Under the pieces are notes generated by a model. That model was not told the DNA's origin. It did no database searches and worked only from the letters and a program-made list of their open reading frames with translations. A stretch of DNA of 39,993 nucleotides from a virus (Duplodnaviria > Heunggongvirae > Uroviricota > Caudoviricetes). Position 1 is the first letter of the stretch, and every line of letters begins with the position of its first letter. The position numbers and the translations under genes were made by a program. Positions 26,987-35,836 of this stretch are shown here, piece after piece. The DNA is taken from positions 1 to 39,993 of IMG/VR virus record IMGVR_UViG_2623620506_000005; one strand, written 5' to 3'.

Positions 26987-27352
26987 ATGACAAAAGAGCA
27001 GATGACTGAACGTTTGCAGGAACTGGCAGTGATTCTGGGGCGTGAAGCAGATATTTCAGGTTCAAAAGCCGATCTTGAGCAGCGCCTGGCGGAATGGGAA
27101 GAGGAGGCCGCCGGATTCGATGGGGAGGAGACAGGGAAGGAAGAGGTGGGCAACGATGCATCCGGCGACGGAATGCATTCTGAGCGGGGACTCGCCCGGG
27201 TGCGTATGCTGAAAACGGCGCATATGCCAGCCTGTGATGCTGTGACGGGAAAAATGTTGATGTTTGCCCGGGCCTCCAGTGTTGTGCTGGTTAATGAAGC
27301 CGCAGTTCCTGCGTTGCTGGCGGACGGTCTGGCAGAAAAAATCCGGGAGTGA
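26987..27352 (+). CDS. DNA packaging protein FI-like
   Basis: Start MTKEQMTERLQEL resembles lambda gpFI N-terminus (MTKDELIARL...); acidic middle; position after E. Confidence 0.6.
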   Translation: MTKEQMTERLQELAVILGREADISGSKADLEQRLAEWEEEAAGFDGEETGKEEVGNDASGDGMHSERGLARVRMLKTAHMPACDAVTGKMLMFARASSVVLVNEAAVPALLADGLAEKIRE

Positions 27353-27756
27353 TGATGTTCGATAATCTGTTCGATCAGGCCATGAGTGATGCGGATGACA
27401 TCATCCTGGATACGATGGGGACGGAAATCAGCATATATCCGGGCGGCACGGAAAGAAGAATCCGTGCCGTTTTTGATGCCCCGGCAGATAACACCGGGAT
27501 GAACACTGGCAGCGGCGAAATTCGTGATACTGCGCCCGTGTTATTTACCCGGAGCACATGGGCCGCCGGTCTGAAAAAATATGACAGGGTCATGATCCAC
27601 GGCGAACCCTATCAGGTAGTCGATCCCGGCTGGGATGAGTCAGGCACTGCGGGTCAGGGGGTGATTACCATCACCCTTGCGCGTGGAGAGCCGGGGAGAA
27701 ATACACCTGCTGCACCGGAACGACCGAGTAAACGTTATGGCAGTCAGAGAGCATGA
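27352..27756 (+). CDS. head-tail connector FII-like
   Basis: MFDNLFDQAMSDADDII...IRAVFD aligns with remembered lambda gpFII (MADFDNLFDAAIARADETI...IRGVFD). Start ambiguous among 27349/27352/27355. Confidence 0.7.
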   Translation: MMFDNLFDQAMSDADDIILDTMGTEISIYPGGTERRIRAVFDAPADNTGMNTGSGEIRDTAPVLFTRSTWAAGLKKYDRVMIHGEPYQVVDPGWDESGTAGQGVITITLARGEPGRNTPAAPERPSKRYGSQRA

Positions 27757-28459
27757 ACGAAGCAGTGCCCGGCAGCGACGGCTGGCACGAAACCTCGTCG
27801 TCGATATTGATGAAGATGAGGTGCTGAAAATTATCGCTAAACTGGGTGGGTCAAAAAGTCAGATCCGTAAAGCCTGGGGCGTGGCGTTGAAAAGAGCCGC
27901 GTCTGCACTGCGGATGAAGGCTATGGCAGAGTTTAAAAAACAGGTTGCCCCACGCAGTCAGAAAATGATCAAAAAGCGTGTTCTGCATAATTTTATCATT
28001 CGTCGTAACGGTGATGAGTTTGATGAGGCGAAGGTATGGTTCGGTCTGAACGCCATCAAAGTACGCGATCTGCGCGGACGCATCAGTGGGGGACGACGCA
28101 GCGAACGCCATCAGTTGCGCGATGAGCGGGGGCGTTTTGCACCAGCTTCCCGCCGCAGGAAGGCACGGGAGCTCCGTTTTAAACCTGCCGGGGAATCCCT
28201 GCCTGTCAGCACCTGGTCAACGAATGATGCCTTTATCAACCAGTTCGAAGCGGAAAATCGTAACGGACGTATATCAAAAAGGAAAACGATACTGATCCGA
28301 CAGACATCCGGACGACGGAGGGTGCGTGAAGCGGAAATTGATATTTATGAAGCCATGCTGAACCGTATAGAGGATTTTGTTTTTCCGGATGCGGAAGTAC
28401 TGATCCTGAAAAATTTTGAGCATGAACTGAAATTCCGGGTATTTAAGGGGCTGGAGTGA
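27737..28459 (+). CDS. putative virion morphogenesis / tail completion protein
   Basis: Basic 240-aa ORF between the lambda-like head genes and P2-like baseplate genes; function by position only. Start uncertain (27677 or 27737). Confidence 0.35.
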   Translation: MAVREHERSSARQRRLARNLVVDIDEDEVLKIIAKLGGSKSQIRKAWGVALKRAASALRMKAMAEFKKQVAPRSQKMIKKRVLHNFIIRRNGDEFDEAKVWFGLNAIKVRDLRGRISGGRRSERHQLRDERGRFAPASRRRKARELRFKPAGESLPVSTWSTNDAFINQFEAENRNGRISKRKTILIRQTSGRRRVREAEIDIYEAMLNRIEDFVFPDAEVLILKNFEHELKFRVFKGLE

Positions 28460-29022
28460 TGGAGCCATTGATGATGGGCGCCTGGCATCAGGCGGTGATT
28501 GACAGTCTGAAACAAATTCCCTGGGTGGAAGATGCCGATGAGTACCCGGAAAAAGTGACGCAACTGGTGACGCCTGCCGTGTTTGTGGATGTACCGGGCT
28601 GGGACAAGGCTCAGTTTGCCGACGGGCAGACGCGGGTCACGCTGAAATGTGATCTGTTTGTGGTGACAGATCGGGCCGGGAAGACGGAAAACGTGCCAAA
28701 ACCGCAGATTTTTGCCCGTTGTCTGGCGATGGATTTATCTGACTGGATTGAGGGAGCCACGTTCGGGCTGGATAACGTTGATCCGGCGGTTTTTATCGAT
28801 GCTGAGGTGGATACCTTCGACCGGCTACTGGACGACTACATCGTTTTCCGTGTCTCTTTTGAACAGGACATTCCGGTCGGCGAAGATCCGTTTGCGGTTC
28901 CGGCAGGTGCGCCGTTACAGGAAGTCTGGCTGGGTAAAGTACCGGAAACCGGCAAGAGACATGAGCAGGATTATCGTCTTATCTGGAAATCGGAGGGCAC
29001 CGGTGATGAGTCTGGCAGATGA
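28456..29022 (+). CDS. putative tail completion / head-tail adaptor protein
   Basis: 188 aa, start overlaps the upstream stop (ATGA); function by position only. Confidence 0.35.
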   Translation: MMEPLMMGAWHQAVIDSLKQIPWVEDADEYPEKVTQLVTPAVFVDVPGWDKAQFADGQTRVTLKCDLFVVTDRAGKTENVPKPQIFARCLAMDLSDWIEGATFGLDNVDPAVFIDAEVDTFDRLLDDYIVFRVSFEQDIPVGEDPFAVPAGAPLQEVWLGKVPETGKRHEQDYRLIWKSEGTGDESGR

Positions 29023-29629
29023 AGTGGCTGAGTTACGCCGCAGGGTGGCGGACATGGTCCGTCGCGGCGTGGTGGACGAGGTGATCCCGGGTAGCCCGGT
29101 GATGGTTCGGGTGGATATCGGGGATGTGCTTTCGCCTCCGTTGCCCTGGATTCAGGTACAGTCCGGGCGCTACATGCAGGTCAGTAATTACCCGGCTCCC
29201 GGAGATGCCGTTACAGTGATATCGGAGGCGGGCGATCTGCGTAACGGTCGGGTGTATCCGGGGGCCAATATTGACGCCATTCCTGTCCCTGAGGGCAGTG
29301 AATACGAACATGTTATTTTGTTTGATACCGGAACGGAAATCCGTTACGACCGTCAGGCTAATGCCCTGTCCATCACGCTGGCTGAAGGCGGCAGCTATAA
29401 AATTACCGGCAGGGGAACCCTGGACGGTCCGGTAGAAATCACAGATACCCTGACCGTACAGGGTAAAGCAACCATGAATGCTGAGGCGGTGGTTAAGGCG
29501 GATCTGATGGTCGGTGGTGAGGTTTCTGATTATCACGGAACGATGAGTCAAATCAGAATTGTCTATAACGGTCACAATCACCGGGGCGACAGTGGTGGCA
29601 GCACCGGACAGCCTGGTCAGCAAATGTAA
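29006..29629 (+). CDS. V: baseplate assembly protein V (P2 gpV-like spike)
   Basis: 207 aa; gpV-like; start at ATG 29006, internal to track ORF 28712-29629. Confidence 0.75.
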   Translation: MSLADEVAELRRRVADMVRRGVVDEVIPGSPVMVRVDIGDVLSPPLPWIQVQSGRYMQVSNYPAPGDAVTVISEAGDLRNGRVYPGANIDAIPVPEGSEYEHVILFDTGTEIRYDRQANALSITLAEGGSYKITGRGTLDGPVEITDTLTVQGKATMNAEAVVKADLMVGGEVSDYHGTMSQIRIVYNGHNHRGDSGGSTGQPGQQM

Positions 29630-29662
29630 TCTCCTTTCAGTTCTTTTTCCGGAATAAACAAC

Positions 29663-30019
29663 ATGATTGGTATTGATTCAGGCACCGGCAGATATCTGCA
29701 CGGTAACGAACATCTGCGTCAGTCCGTCACCGATATTTTGTCAACACCGGTCGGCAGCCGGGTCCTGCTCAGGGAATACGGTAGCAGACTTTTCAGTCTG
29801 CTTGATAACCCACAGGATGATTTCACGCGGGTGAGAATTGTCCGTGAAACGGTAACCGCCCTTGAACGCTGGGAACCCCGCCTGACTCTCCGGCGGGTGG
29901 AAGTGACGTGGACAGGAGAAGGAAGCGCGTGGCTGACGCTTGTCGGGGTGAATAACGAAACTCAGGATACGATTCGACTCGAGGAGATAAAAATTGGCAA
30001 CGTCTCAGGCAATCATTGA
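29663..30019 (+). CDS. W: baseplate protein W (P2 gpW / GPW_gp25-like)
   Basis: 118 aa; GPW/gp25-family pattern (LHGNEHLRQSVTDIL...RVLLREYGSRL). Confidence 0.8.
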   Translation: MIGIDSGTGRYLHGNEHLRQSVTDILSTPVGSRVLLREYGSRLFSLLDNPQDDFTRVRIVRETVTALERWEPRLTLRRVEVTWTGEGSAWLTLVGVNNETQDTIRLEEIKIGNVSGNH

Positions 30020-30908
30020 TCTGTCCGCGATACCGGTACCGGATGCGGTGGAAGTGCCGGATACCGCAATGCTGGTCACTCAGATAGTGGCGAAGTATCA
30101 GGAGCTGGATACGTTGTTTTCGGCTCTGGTGGAATCTGATCCCGCGTATAAATGGGCAGAGGCGCTGGCTTTTCGGGTGGCGCTGATGCGCCAACAGATA
30201 AATGATGCTGTCCGTGCTGTACTGCTTGCCAGTGCCGGTGGGAGCGATCTGGATCAGGTTGGCGCGAATTATCAGGTTCAGCGGCTGGTCATTACCCCGG
30301 CAGACGACAGCACCATTCCGCCCACGCCGGCGGTGTATGAAGATGATGACGCTTTTCGCGAACGTATCCAGTTGTCGTGGGCACAGCTCAGCACCGCTGG
30401 CGCGAAAAATGCGTATCACTATTTTGCACAAAGTGCTGATCCTGATGTGCTGGATGTGAAGGCTTACGGGCCGGAAACGCATTCGCAGGAAGGCCGGGTT
30501 TTTCTTTATGTGTTATCCCGCTCCGGAAATGGCACTGCACCACAACCCCTGCTGGATAAGGTGGCAGCATCAGTCAGTGATGATGAAACCCGTCCCCTGA
30601 CGGATTTTGTCAGTGTCCGGGCGGCAGAAATTATTCCCTACGATGTGGTGGCGGATATTCATATTCCCTACGGACTGGATGGTGAACTGGTTATGGCAAA
30701 TGCCCGCAAGGCGCTGCAGTCATACACTGACAGCGTCCACCGGATTGGCTCGGTGGCATCCCGTTCTGGCATGGATGGTGCCCTTCACCAGACTGGAGTG
30801 ATTACGGTGAATCTGACCTCTCCGGGCAGTGATATCGTTCCTGCGATGGGGCAGGCACCGTGGTGCCGTAAGGTAACGCTGAACAAGGTAGAGACAACTG
30901 ATGAATGA
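29994..30908 (+). CDS. J: baseplate assembly protein J (P2 gpJ-like)
   Basis: N-terminus IIDLSAIPVPDAV parallels P2 gpJ (MPIIDLNQLPAP...); likely TTG start after GGAG RBS. Confidence 0.8.
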   Translation: MATSQAIIDLSAIPVPDAVEVPDTAMLVTQIVAKYQELDTLFSALVESDPAYKWAEALAFRVALMRQQINDAVRAVLLASAGGSDLDQVGANYQVQRLVITPADDSTIPPTPAVYEDDDAFRERIQLSWAQLSTAGAKNAYHYFAQSADPDVLDVKAYGPETHSQEGRVFLYVLSRSGNGTAPQPLLDKVAASVSDDETRPLTDFVSVRAAEIIPYDVVADIHIPYGLDGELVMANARKALQSYTDSVHRIGSVASRSGMDGALHQTGVITVNLTSPGSDIVPAMGQAPWCRKVTLNKVETTDE

Positions 30909-31491
30909 CGATATCAGCAGCATACTGCCGGTCAGTGCCAGCCGGGCAGAGCGGGTGGTGGACTGTGTCGCCGGAGATATGCTGTCAGACATAGCGGTCT
31001 GCCTGATCCGCTATGTGAAAAATCCCGATTTATGCCCTGCTGAATTGCTGCCATGGCTGGCCTGGGAAATGGCGGTGGATACCTGGAATGAACACTGGAC
31101 GGAGACGGAAAAAAGGTCTGCGATAAAACGTGCTGCTTACATCCACCGACACAGAGGGACTAAAGCGGCGCTGATGGCATCGCTGGCTGACAGTCCCTTC
31201 CGGTCGCAGATTGTTGAGTGGTATGAGCAGACCCCGCCCGGGGAGCCGTATACCTTTCGTCTGAACGTGGAGCAGAAGGATTTACCGGTGCTGATGAATG
31301 ATCATCAGGATCTGAAGCATGCGGTGCTCCGTGCCAAAAATCTGCGTAGCTGGTTCAGTATTCACGTTTACGGGAACAGCACAGGGCGGGGATTTGGTTA
31401 CGGTTATGTGATGGCGACAGAAAAAATCAGAAGTAACGGTGTGATAACAAAGACAGTGCCCACTGGCGGGCAGAGTGAGGCAGGAGTATGA
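30901..31491 (+). CDS. I: tail protein I (P2 gpI-like)
   Basis: 196 aa; overlaps the gpJ stop; P2 gene order V-W-J-I. Confidence 0.75.
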   Translation: MNDDISSILPVSASRAERVVDCVAGDMLSDIAVCLIRYVKNPDLCPAELLPWLAWEMAVDTWNEHWTETEKRSAIKRAAYIHRHRGTKAALMASLADSPFRSQIVEWYEQTPPGEPYTFRLNVEQKDLPVLMNDHQDLKHAVLRAKNLRSWFSIHVYGNSTGRGFGYGYVMATEKIRSNGVITKTVPTGGQSEAGV

Positions 31492-32747
31492 ATGGGCTGA
31501 TTCTGACAACGTCCGGCACTGCAGAAATTGAAGCAGCATATCAGAACGGGCAAACCGTGACCGTCCGGCATGTTCTGCTTGGCGACGGGGGCGGGCAGGC
31601 ATTGCCATCCACGCCGGATGAAATGGCAGCAATGACATCATTGTACGGCGAATTCGGGCAGGAACCCTTTTCCGACGGTGCGGTGGAGGAGGGCTTCATC
31701 AGCGGGGATATTGTGATTGACTGTAAATCATACCCCGGTAAAACCCTTCGTGAACTGGGGATAATTAGCGACAGCGGTACGCTTATCGCGTACGGACGTT
31801 ATCCGGACACCTTTTTACCAGACCAGACGGACTCTGTTATCAAGGAAGTTATTCTGACGCTGGTTCTTGGGCTGACGCACGCACAAAACGTGGTGCTGGA
31901 AGTTGATCCGGACAGGGCCATTGTTACTCAGGAAATCGGAGACAGACGCTATCTGCAACGAAAAAAGAATCTTTCGGATGTGGAAGACAAGGATGAGGCT
32001 GTTGAAAACCTCGGATTAAAACCCACGGTGGACAAGGCAAAAAATGCCGTTCAGCGTGATGGTGACACCATGAGCGGGGAACTGAAAATCCGTGGTGTTA
32101 ATGCGCTGAGGATTTTCAACGAAGCCTTTGGCCTGATTTTTCGTCGTTCGGAAGAGTGCCTGCACCTTATTCCAACACAGGAAAACCAGGGTGAAAATGG
32201 CGATATTGGTCCACTTCGCCCGTTCACTATTAATCTGCGGACGGGTGAAATATCCATGTCGCATAAAGTGTCTGTTGGTGGCGGTTCTCAGGTCAATGGT
32301 GCACTTGGTATCGGCGTTCAGAACACGCTGGGTGGAAACTCAATAGCGATCGGGGATAACGATACAGGCTTTAAACAGAATGGTGACGGCATGCTGGATG
32401 TTTATGCCAATGGTCAGCGAGTATTCCGTTTTCAGAACGGAACAATGCAAAGTGAACGAGGAGTAGTTGTTTCAGGGCAGGTTATACCATCAAACTACGC
32501 AAACTTTGATGCCCGTTACCAGACCAAAACAGGCGGCGTTCAGGATGTGCGTTATGGTTCCGAAATGTATTACAACCCGGGAGGTAACCAGATATCCTGG
32601 ACATTTCGCTCACCTTCAGGCCACGGGTTATCCGGTATTAATGTGCAGGAAACCGGAAGTAATTCGGCAGATAACATCGGCGGCGTGTATTACCGACCGC
32701 TTCAGAAACTGATTAACGGCACCTGGTATAACGTGGCGAGTGTTTAA
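31488..32747 (+). CDS. H: tail fibre protein (P2 gpH-like)
   Basis: 419 aa; conserved tail-fibre N-terminus (MNGLILTTSGTAEIEAAYQNGQTVTV...) with divergent C-terminal half. Confidence 0.7.
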   Translation: MNGLILTTSGTAEIEAAYQNGQTVTVRHVLLGDGGGQALPSTPDEMAAMTSLYGEFGQEPFSDGAVEEGFISGDIVIDCKSYPGKTLRELGIISDSGTLIAYGRYPDTFLPDQTDSVIKEVILTLVLGLTHAQNVVLEVDPDRAIVTQEIGDRRYLQRKKNLSDVEDKDEAVENLGLKPTVDKAKNAVQRDGDTMSGELKIRGVNALRIFNEAFGLIFRRSEECLHLIPTQENQGENGDIGPLRPFTINLRTGEISMSHKVSVGGGSQVNGALGIGVQNTLGGNSIAIGDNDTGFKQNGDGMLDVYANGQRVFRFQNGTMQSERGVVVSGQVIPSNYANFDARYQTKTGGVQDVRYGSEMYYNPGGNQISWTFRSPSGHGLSGINVQETGSNSADNIGGVYYRPLQKLINGTWYNVASV

Positions 32748-32749
32748 CA

Positions 32750-33292
32750 ATGTTGCATTTAAAAAATATTACTGCGGGTAATCCGAAAACCGCGGAACAA
32801 TATCAGATGACAAGACAACATGGTATCACCTGGCTTTTTTCGGAAGATGACAAAAACTGGTATGAAGAGCTGAAAAATTTTGCCAGTGACACCATAAAAA
32901 TGGTTTACACCGGAGACGGGCGCGTGGTGTGGGTCGGTAAGGATGTGACAGGCATTGAACCCCGTAACGCCAGTGTTATTGAAGTTCCTGATATTACCGC
33001 TAATCGCCGTATTACCGTGCCTGGTTACTGGTTTTACCGCAACGATAAATTTGTCTTCGACTACAAACTTAAAGCGGAAGATGAGCGCGATGCTCTGTTA
33101 AAACAGGTCAGCATCATGACCAGCGAATGGGAAAAAGACCTGCTGCTGGGATTAATCAGTGACGAAGACAGGGAGAAGCTGAAAGCGTACCGCATTTACG
33201 CGAAATCGCTGCAGGCGATGGATTTCAGCGCTATTACGGATAAGCCCACTTACAACAATATTAGCTGGCCTGAGCAGCCACAAAATACCTGA
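32750..33292 (+). CDS. tail fibre assembly chaperone (Tfa/gpG-like)
   Basis: 180 aa immediately after the fibre gene; Tfa-like C-terminus. Confidence 0.65.
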   Translation: MLHLKNITAGNPKTAEQYQMTRQHGITWLFSEDDKNWYEELKNFASDTIKMVYTGDGRVVWVGKDVTGIEPRNASVIEVPDITANRRITVPGYWFYRNDKFVFDYKLKAEDERDALLKQVSIMTSEWEKDLLLGLISDEDREKLKAYRIYAKSLQAMDFSAITDKPTYNNISWPEQPQNT

Positions 33293-33311
33293 AAAAGAAG
33301 TTAATCATCTG

Positions 33312-33334
33312 ACCGCCTGAGGGCGGTTTTTTTA
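33312..33334 (+). terminator. rho-independent terminator
   Basis: ACCGCC-TGAG-GGCGGT hairpin followed by seven T. Confidence 0.65.
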
Positions 33335-33346
33335 TGGGAGAAATGT

Positions 33347-34822
33347 ATGTCCGGATTACATGGTGTTGAAACCATTGAACTGACGACAGGCACGGTTGCC
33401 GTGCAGACCATCTCCACGGCAGTGATTGGCCTGGTGGGGACAGCGCCGGACGCCTCTGGTGGTGTGTGCGCTTCCGGCACAGCCGGCTCCTGGCTGCTGG
33501 GAACGGCGCTGGATTTCACGGCGAAACAGGAAGGTCGGGCCGGTAATAAGATTTCGGTTGTTGCTGTGGCTGCCACAGAACAAAACGCGCAGACAGTTGC
33601 CTCACTGAAAGGTACGACCCTGACGATAACACTGGGGACGGACGAACACAGCCAGGTTAACGCCACGGCGGACCGTGTGACTGAAGTGGTGAATGCGCTG
33701 GGGGATTCGCCTGTGACGGCGGCTGTCAGCACCCTGAATGCAGGAGGCGCTGAAAATAAAGTGGTGTTGCCGTTCAGCCTGACGTTATCCGGCGGAGAAG
33801 ATGAGGCGTTCCCGGTCAATACACCAGTGGTGGTGGCAGGGGCCATTACTCAGGCAGGGAAACTGGGCACAGCCGGAACATTATACCCGGCCCTGCGGGA
33901 TATTTTTGACCAGACTGGTGCGCTGGTGATTGTGGTGCGCGCAGAAAGTAAAACAAAGGCGAAAGAGGCCGAACAGCGTGCGGCGGTGATTCAGGCCATG
34001 GAGGCACTGACAGAAAGTAAGGGCGTGACAGGCTATCAACCGCGCATCCTCATTGCCACGGGGTACAGTGAGGATGATGGCGTGGCAAAGGCGCTGGAAA
34101 CGTATGCCGCGAAGCTGCGGGCAGTGGCCTATATTGACTCGCCCTCAATGGCAACGCCGCAGGATGTGGTTCAGCGGCGCGCGTCATTTGGTGGGCGTGT
34201 GGAGCTGCTGCGTCCGCGCGTGTCAGTGACGGATGACAGCGGGCAAACGATATTTCGTCCATATTCGGCTCGTGCTGCCGGGCTGCGTGCCCGTATTGAT
34301 TACGAAAAAGGGTGGTGGTGGTCCAAATCAAACCAGGACGTGATGAATATCACCGGTCTGGAACAGGTGGATACGTTTATTCTCGGGGAGCAGAACTGCA
34401 CGGCAAACCTGCTGAACATGGAAAATATCTCCACCATTATTCGCCATGACGGTTTTAAACACTGGGGTAACCGTCTGTGCACATCCCACAGTCAGTGGCG
34501 CTTTGAGCCGGTACGCCGCACTGCAGATGTGATTGAGGACAGTATCCAGGAGGCCATGTTGCCTTATGTCGATCGCCCGCTTGATCGGGATGTGGCAGAC
34601 GACATTCTTGGCAGCATTAATGCCTATATGCGTCAGCTTAAAAATCTGGGTGCGATCCACGGTGGCAGCGCCTGGCTGAATGATGAACTGAATACAACTG
34701 AAACCCTGGCGGCAGGGCAGTTGTATATCGATTATGACTTTGGGCCGAAGTCACCACTGGAGCGCCTGACACTGCGGGCAATGATTAACAATAAACTGGC
34801 GCTGGAGGAACTGACGGTATGA
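33347..34822 (+). CDS. FI: contractile tail sheath protein (P2 FI-like)
   Basis: 491 aa; sheath-like N-terminus (MSGLHGVETIELTTGT...) and size; followed by tube gene. Confidence 0.85.
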   Translation: MSGLHGVETIELTTGTVAVQTISTAVIGLVGTAPDASGGVCASGTAGSWLLGTALDFTAKQEGRAGNKISVVAVAATEQNAQTVASLKGTTLTITLGTDEHSQVNATADRVTEVVNALGDSPVTAAVSTLNAGGAENKVVLPFSLTLSGGEDEAFPVNTPVVVAGAITQAGKLGTAGTLYPALRDIFDQTGALVIVVRAESKTKAKEAEQRAAVIQAMEALTESKGVTGYQPRILIATGYSEDDGVAKALETYAAKLRAVAYIDSPSMATPQDVVQRRASFGGRVELLRPRVSVTDDSGQTIFRPYSARAAGLRARIDYEKGWWWSKSNQDVMNITGLEQVDTFILGEQNCTANLLNMENISTIIRHDGFKHWGNRLCTSHSQWRFEPVRRTADVIEDSIQEAMLPYVDRPLDRDVADDILGSINAYMRQLKNLGAIHGGSAWLNDELNTTETLAAGQLYIDYDFGPKSPLERLTLRAMINNKLALEELTV

Positions 34823-35337
34823 TTACGGGTGAAAAAAAACTGTTGCGCGCATGGGCGTTATTTCTTCCTGGCGGGATCCGCCTTCAGGGTGCGCATGAAT
34901 ACACGCCGCCTGCCATTAATATCACGACAGTGGATATCAAAACCGGCGCAATGGATGCACCGGTGGCAGTGGATGACGGCATGGAAGCGCTGACCTGTTC
35001 GTTTAAGATTTATGGTTATGATGTTGCCATGCTTACGCTGCTGGGATTGCAGGCCGGGCTTTATTCGCCGGAGATTGTTGTGCGCCAGGCTTATCGGGTG
35101 GGAAATGCGACCAGCGGACAGGTGGAAACCCTGCAGGGGATGATCACCAGTATCACGCCGGATGCACGTCCGGCAACATCACAGGCAGAGGCTTCGGTGA
35201 CAGTGGAAATGTCACTGAGTTATTACCGTCAGGCTGTCGATGGCCTGGAAACCATCTGCATTATTCCGGAGGAGTTTGTACGTCGTATTAATGGCGTTAA
35301 TGTTCTGGCGGATCTGAAAAAAATCATCCGGGTTTAA
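34819..35337 (+). CDS. FII: tail tube protein (P2 FII-like)
   Basis: 172 aa; overlaps the sheath stop; P2 order. Confidence 0.8.
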   Translation: MITGEKKLLRAWALFLPGGIRLQGAHEYTPPAINITTVDIKTGAMDAPVAVDDGMEALTCSFKIYGYDVAMLTLLGLQAGLYSPEIVVRQAYRVGNATSGQVETLQGMITSITPDARPATSQAEASVTVEMSLSYYRQAVDGLETICIIPEEFVRRINGVNVLADLKKIIRV

Positions 35338-35354
35338 TCCGGGATCCTGTCATT

Positions 35355-35384
35355 CAGGCGGCTCAGGCCGCCTTTTCTTTTTTA
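35355..35384 (+). terminator. rho-independent terminator/attenuator
   Basis: GGCGGC-TCAG-GCCGCC hairpin followed by TTTTCTTTTTT. Confidence 0.6.
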
Positions 35385-35396
35385 AAGGAGATGCTT

Positions 35397-35699
35397 ATGT
35401 CGGAAAAAAACAGCGTTCCTGCCAGCAGCGTGGAAATTGTGTTATCCGTGCCGTATGTCACCGCATCCGGACAGACGATCACGCACGTCACCATGCGTGC
35501 GCCCACCGTCCGCGATCGTCTGTTGCATCGCCGGAGTACCAAACCGGAAGCAGAGGCTGATCTGGATATGATCGCCGGTCTGTGCGGGATGGACGCGGCG
35601 GACATGATGAACATGGAAGCGTGCGATTACCTGGCCCTGGAGCGGCAGTTTAATGTTTTTTTGCTGCCGCCGGTCCGGCGGAAAAAGAAAACATCCTGA
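35397..35699 (+). CDS. E: tail assembly chaperone E (P2 gpE-like)
   Basis: 100 aa; RBS AAGGAG; precedes the tape measure gene. Confidence 0.7.
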   Translation: MSEKNSVPASSVEIVLSVPYVTASGQTITHVTMRAPTVRDRLLHRRSTKPEAEADLDMIAGLCGMDAADMMNMEACDYLALERQFNVFLLPPVRRKKKTS

Positions 35700-35836
35700 T
35701 GGCGATACGGCGCGCCGGTGCCTGGTTCGGGTGGTCTCCCGGAGATGTGATGGCGCTGCCGTATGAGGATTTTGTGACAATGATGCTGGCAGAGGCGGAG
35801 GAGAGGAAGCAACGTTATGGCAACGGTTGGCGATAA
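35397..35836 (+). CDS. E': tail assembly chaperone E+E' (product of -1 programmed frameshift)
   Basis: Slippery heptamer T_TTT_TTG at 35657-35663 in the E frame; -1 frame stays open to TAA at 35834-35836, overlapping the tape measure start. Confidence 0.55.
35657..35663 (+). other. programmed -1 ribosomal frameshift slippery site
   Basis: TTTTTTG read as T_TTT_TTG in the E frame. Confidence 0.55.

Noticed and set aside
26418-27161. 247-aa minus-strand ORF (plus 26803-27153) antisense to the major capsid and FI genes
   Set aside because: Lies entirely within well-supported plus-strand structural genes; Pro/Arg-rich low-complexity translation typical of antisense frames in GC-rich coding DNA.
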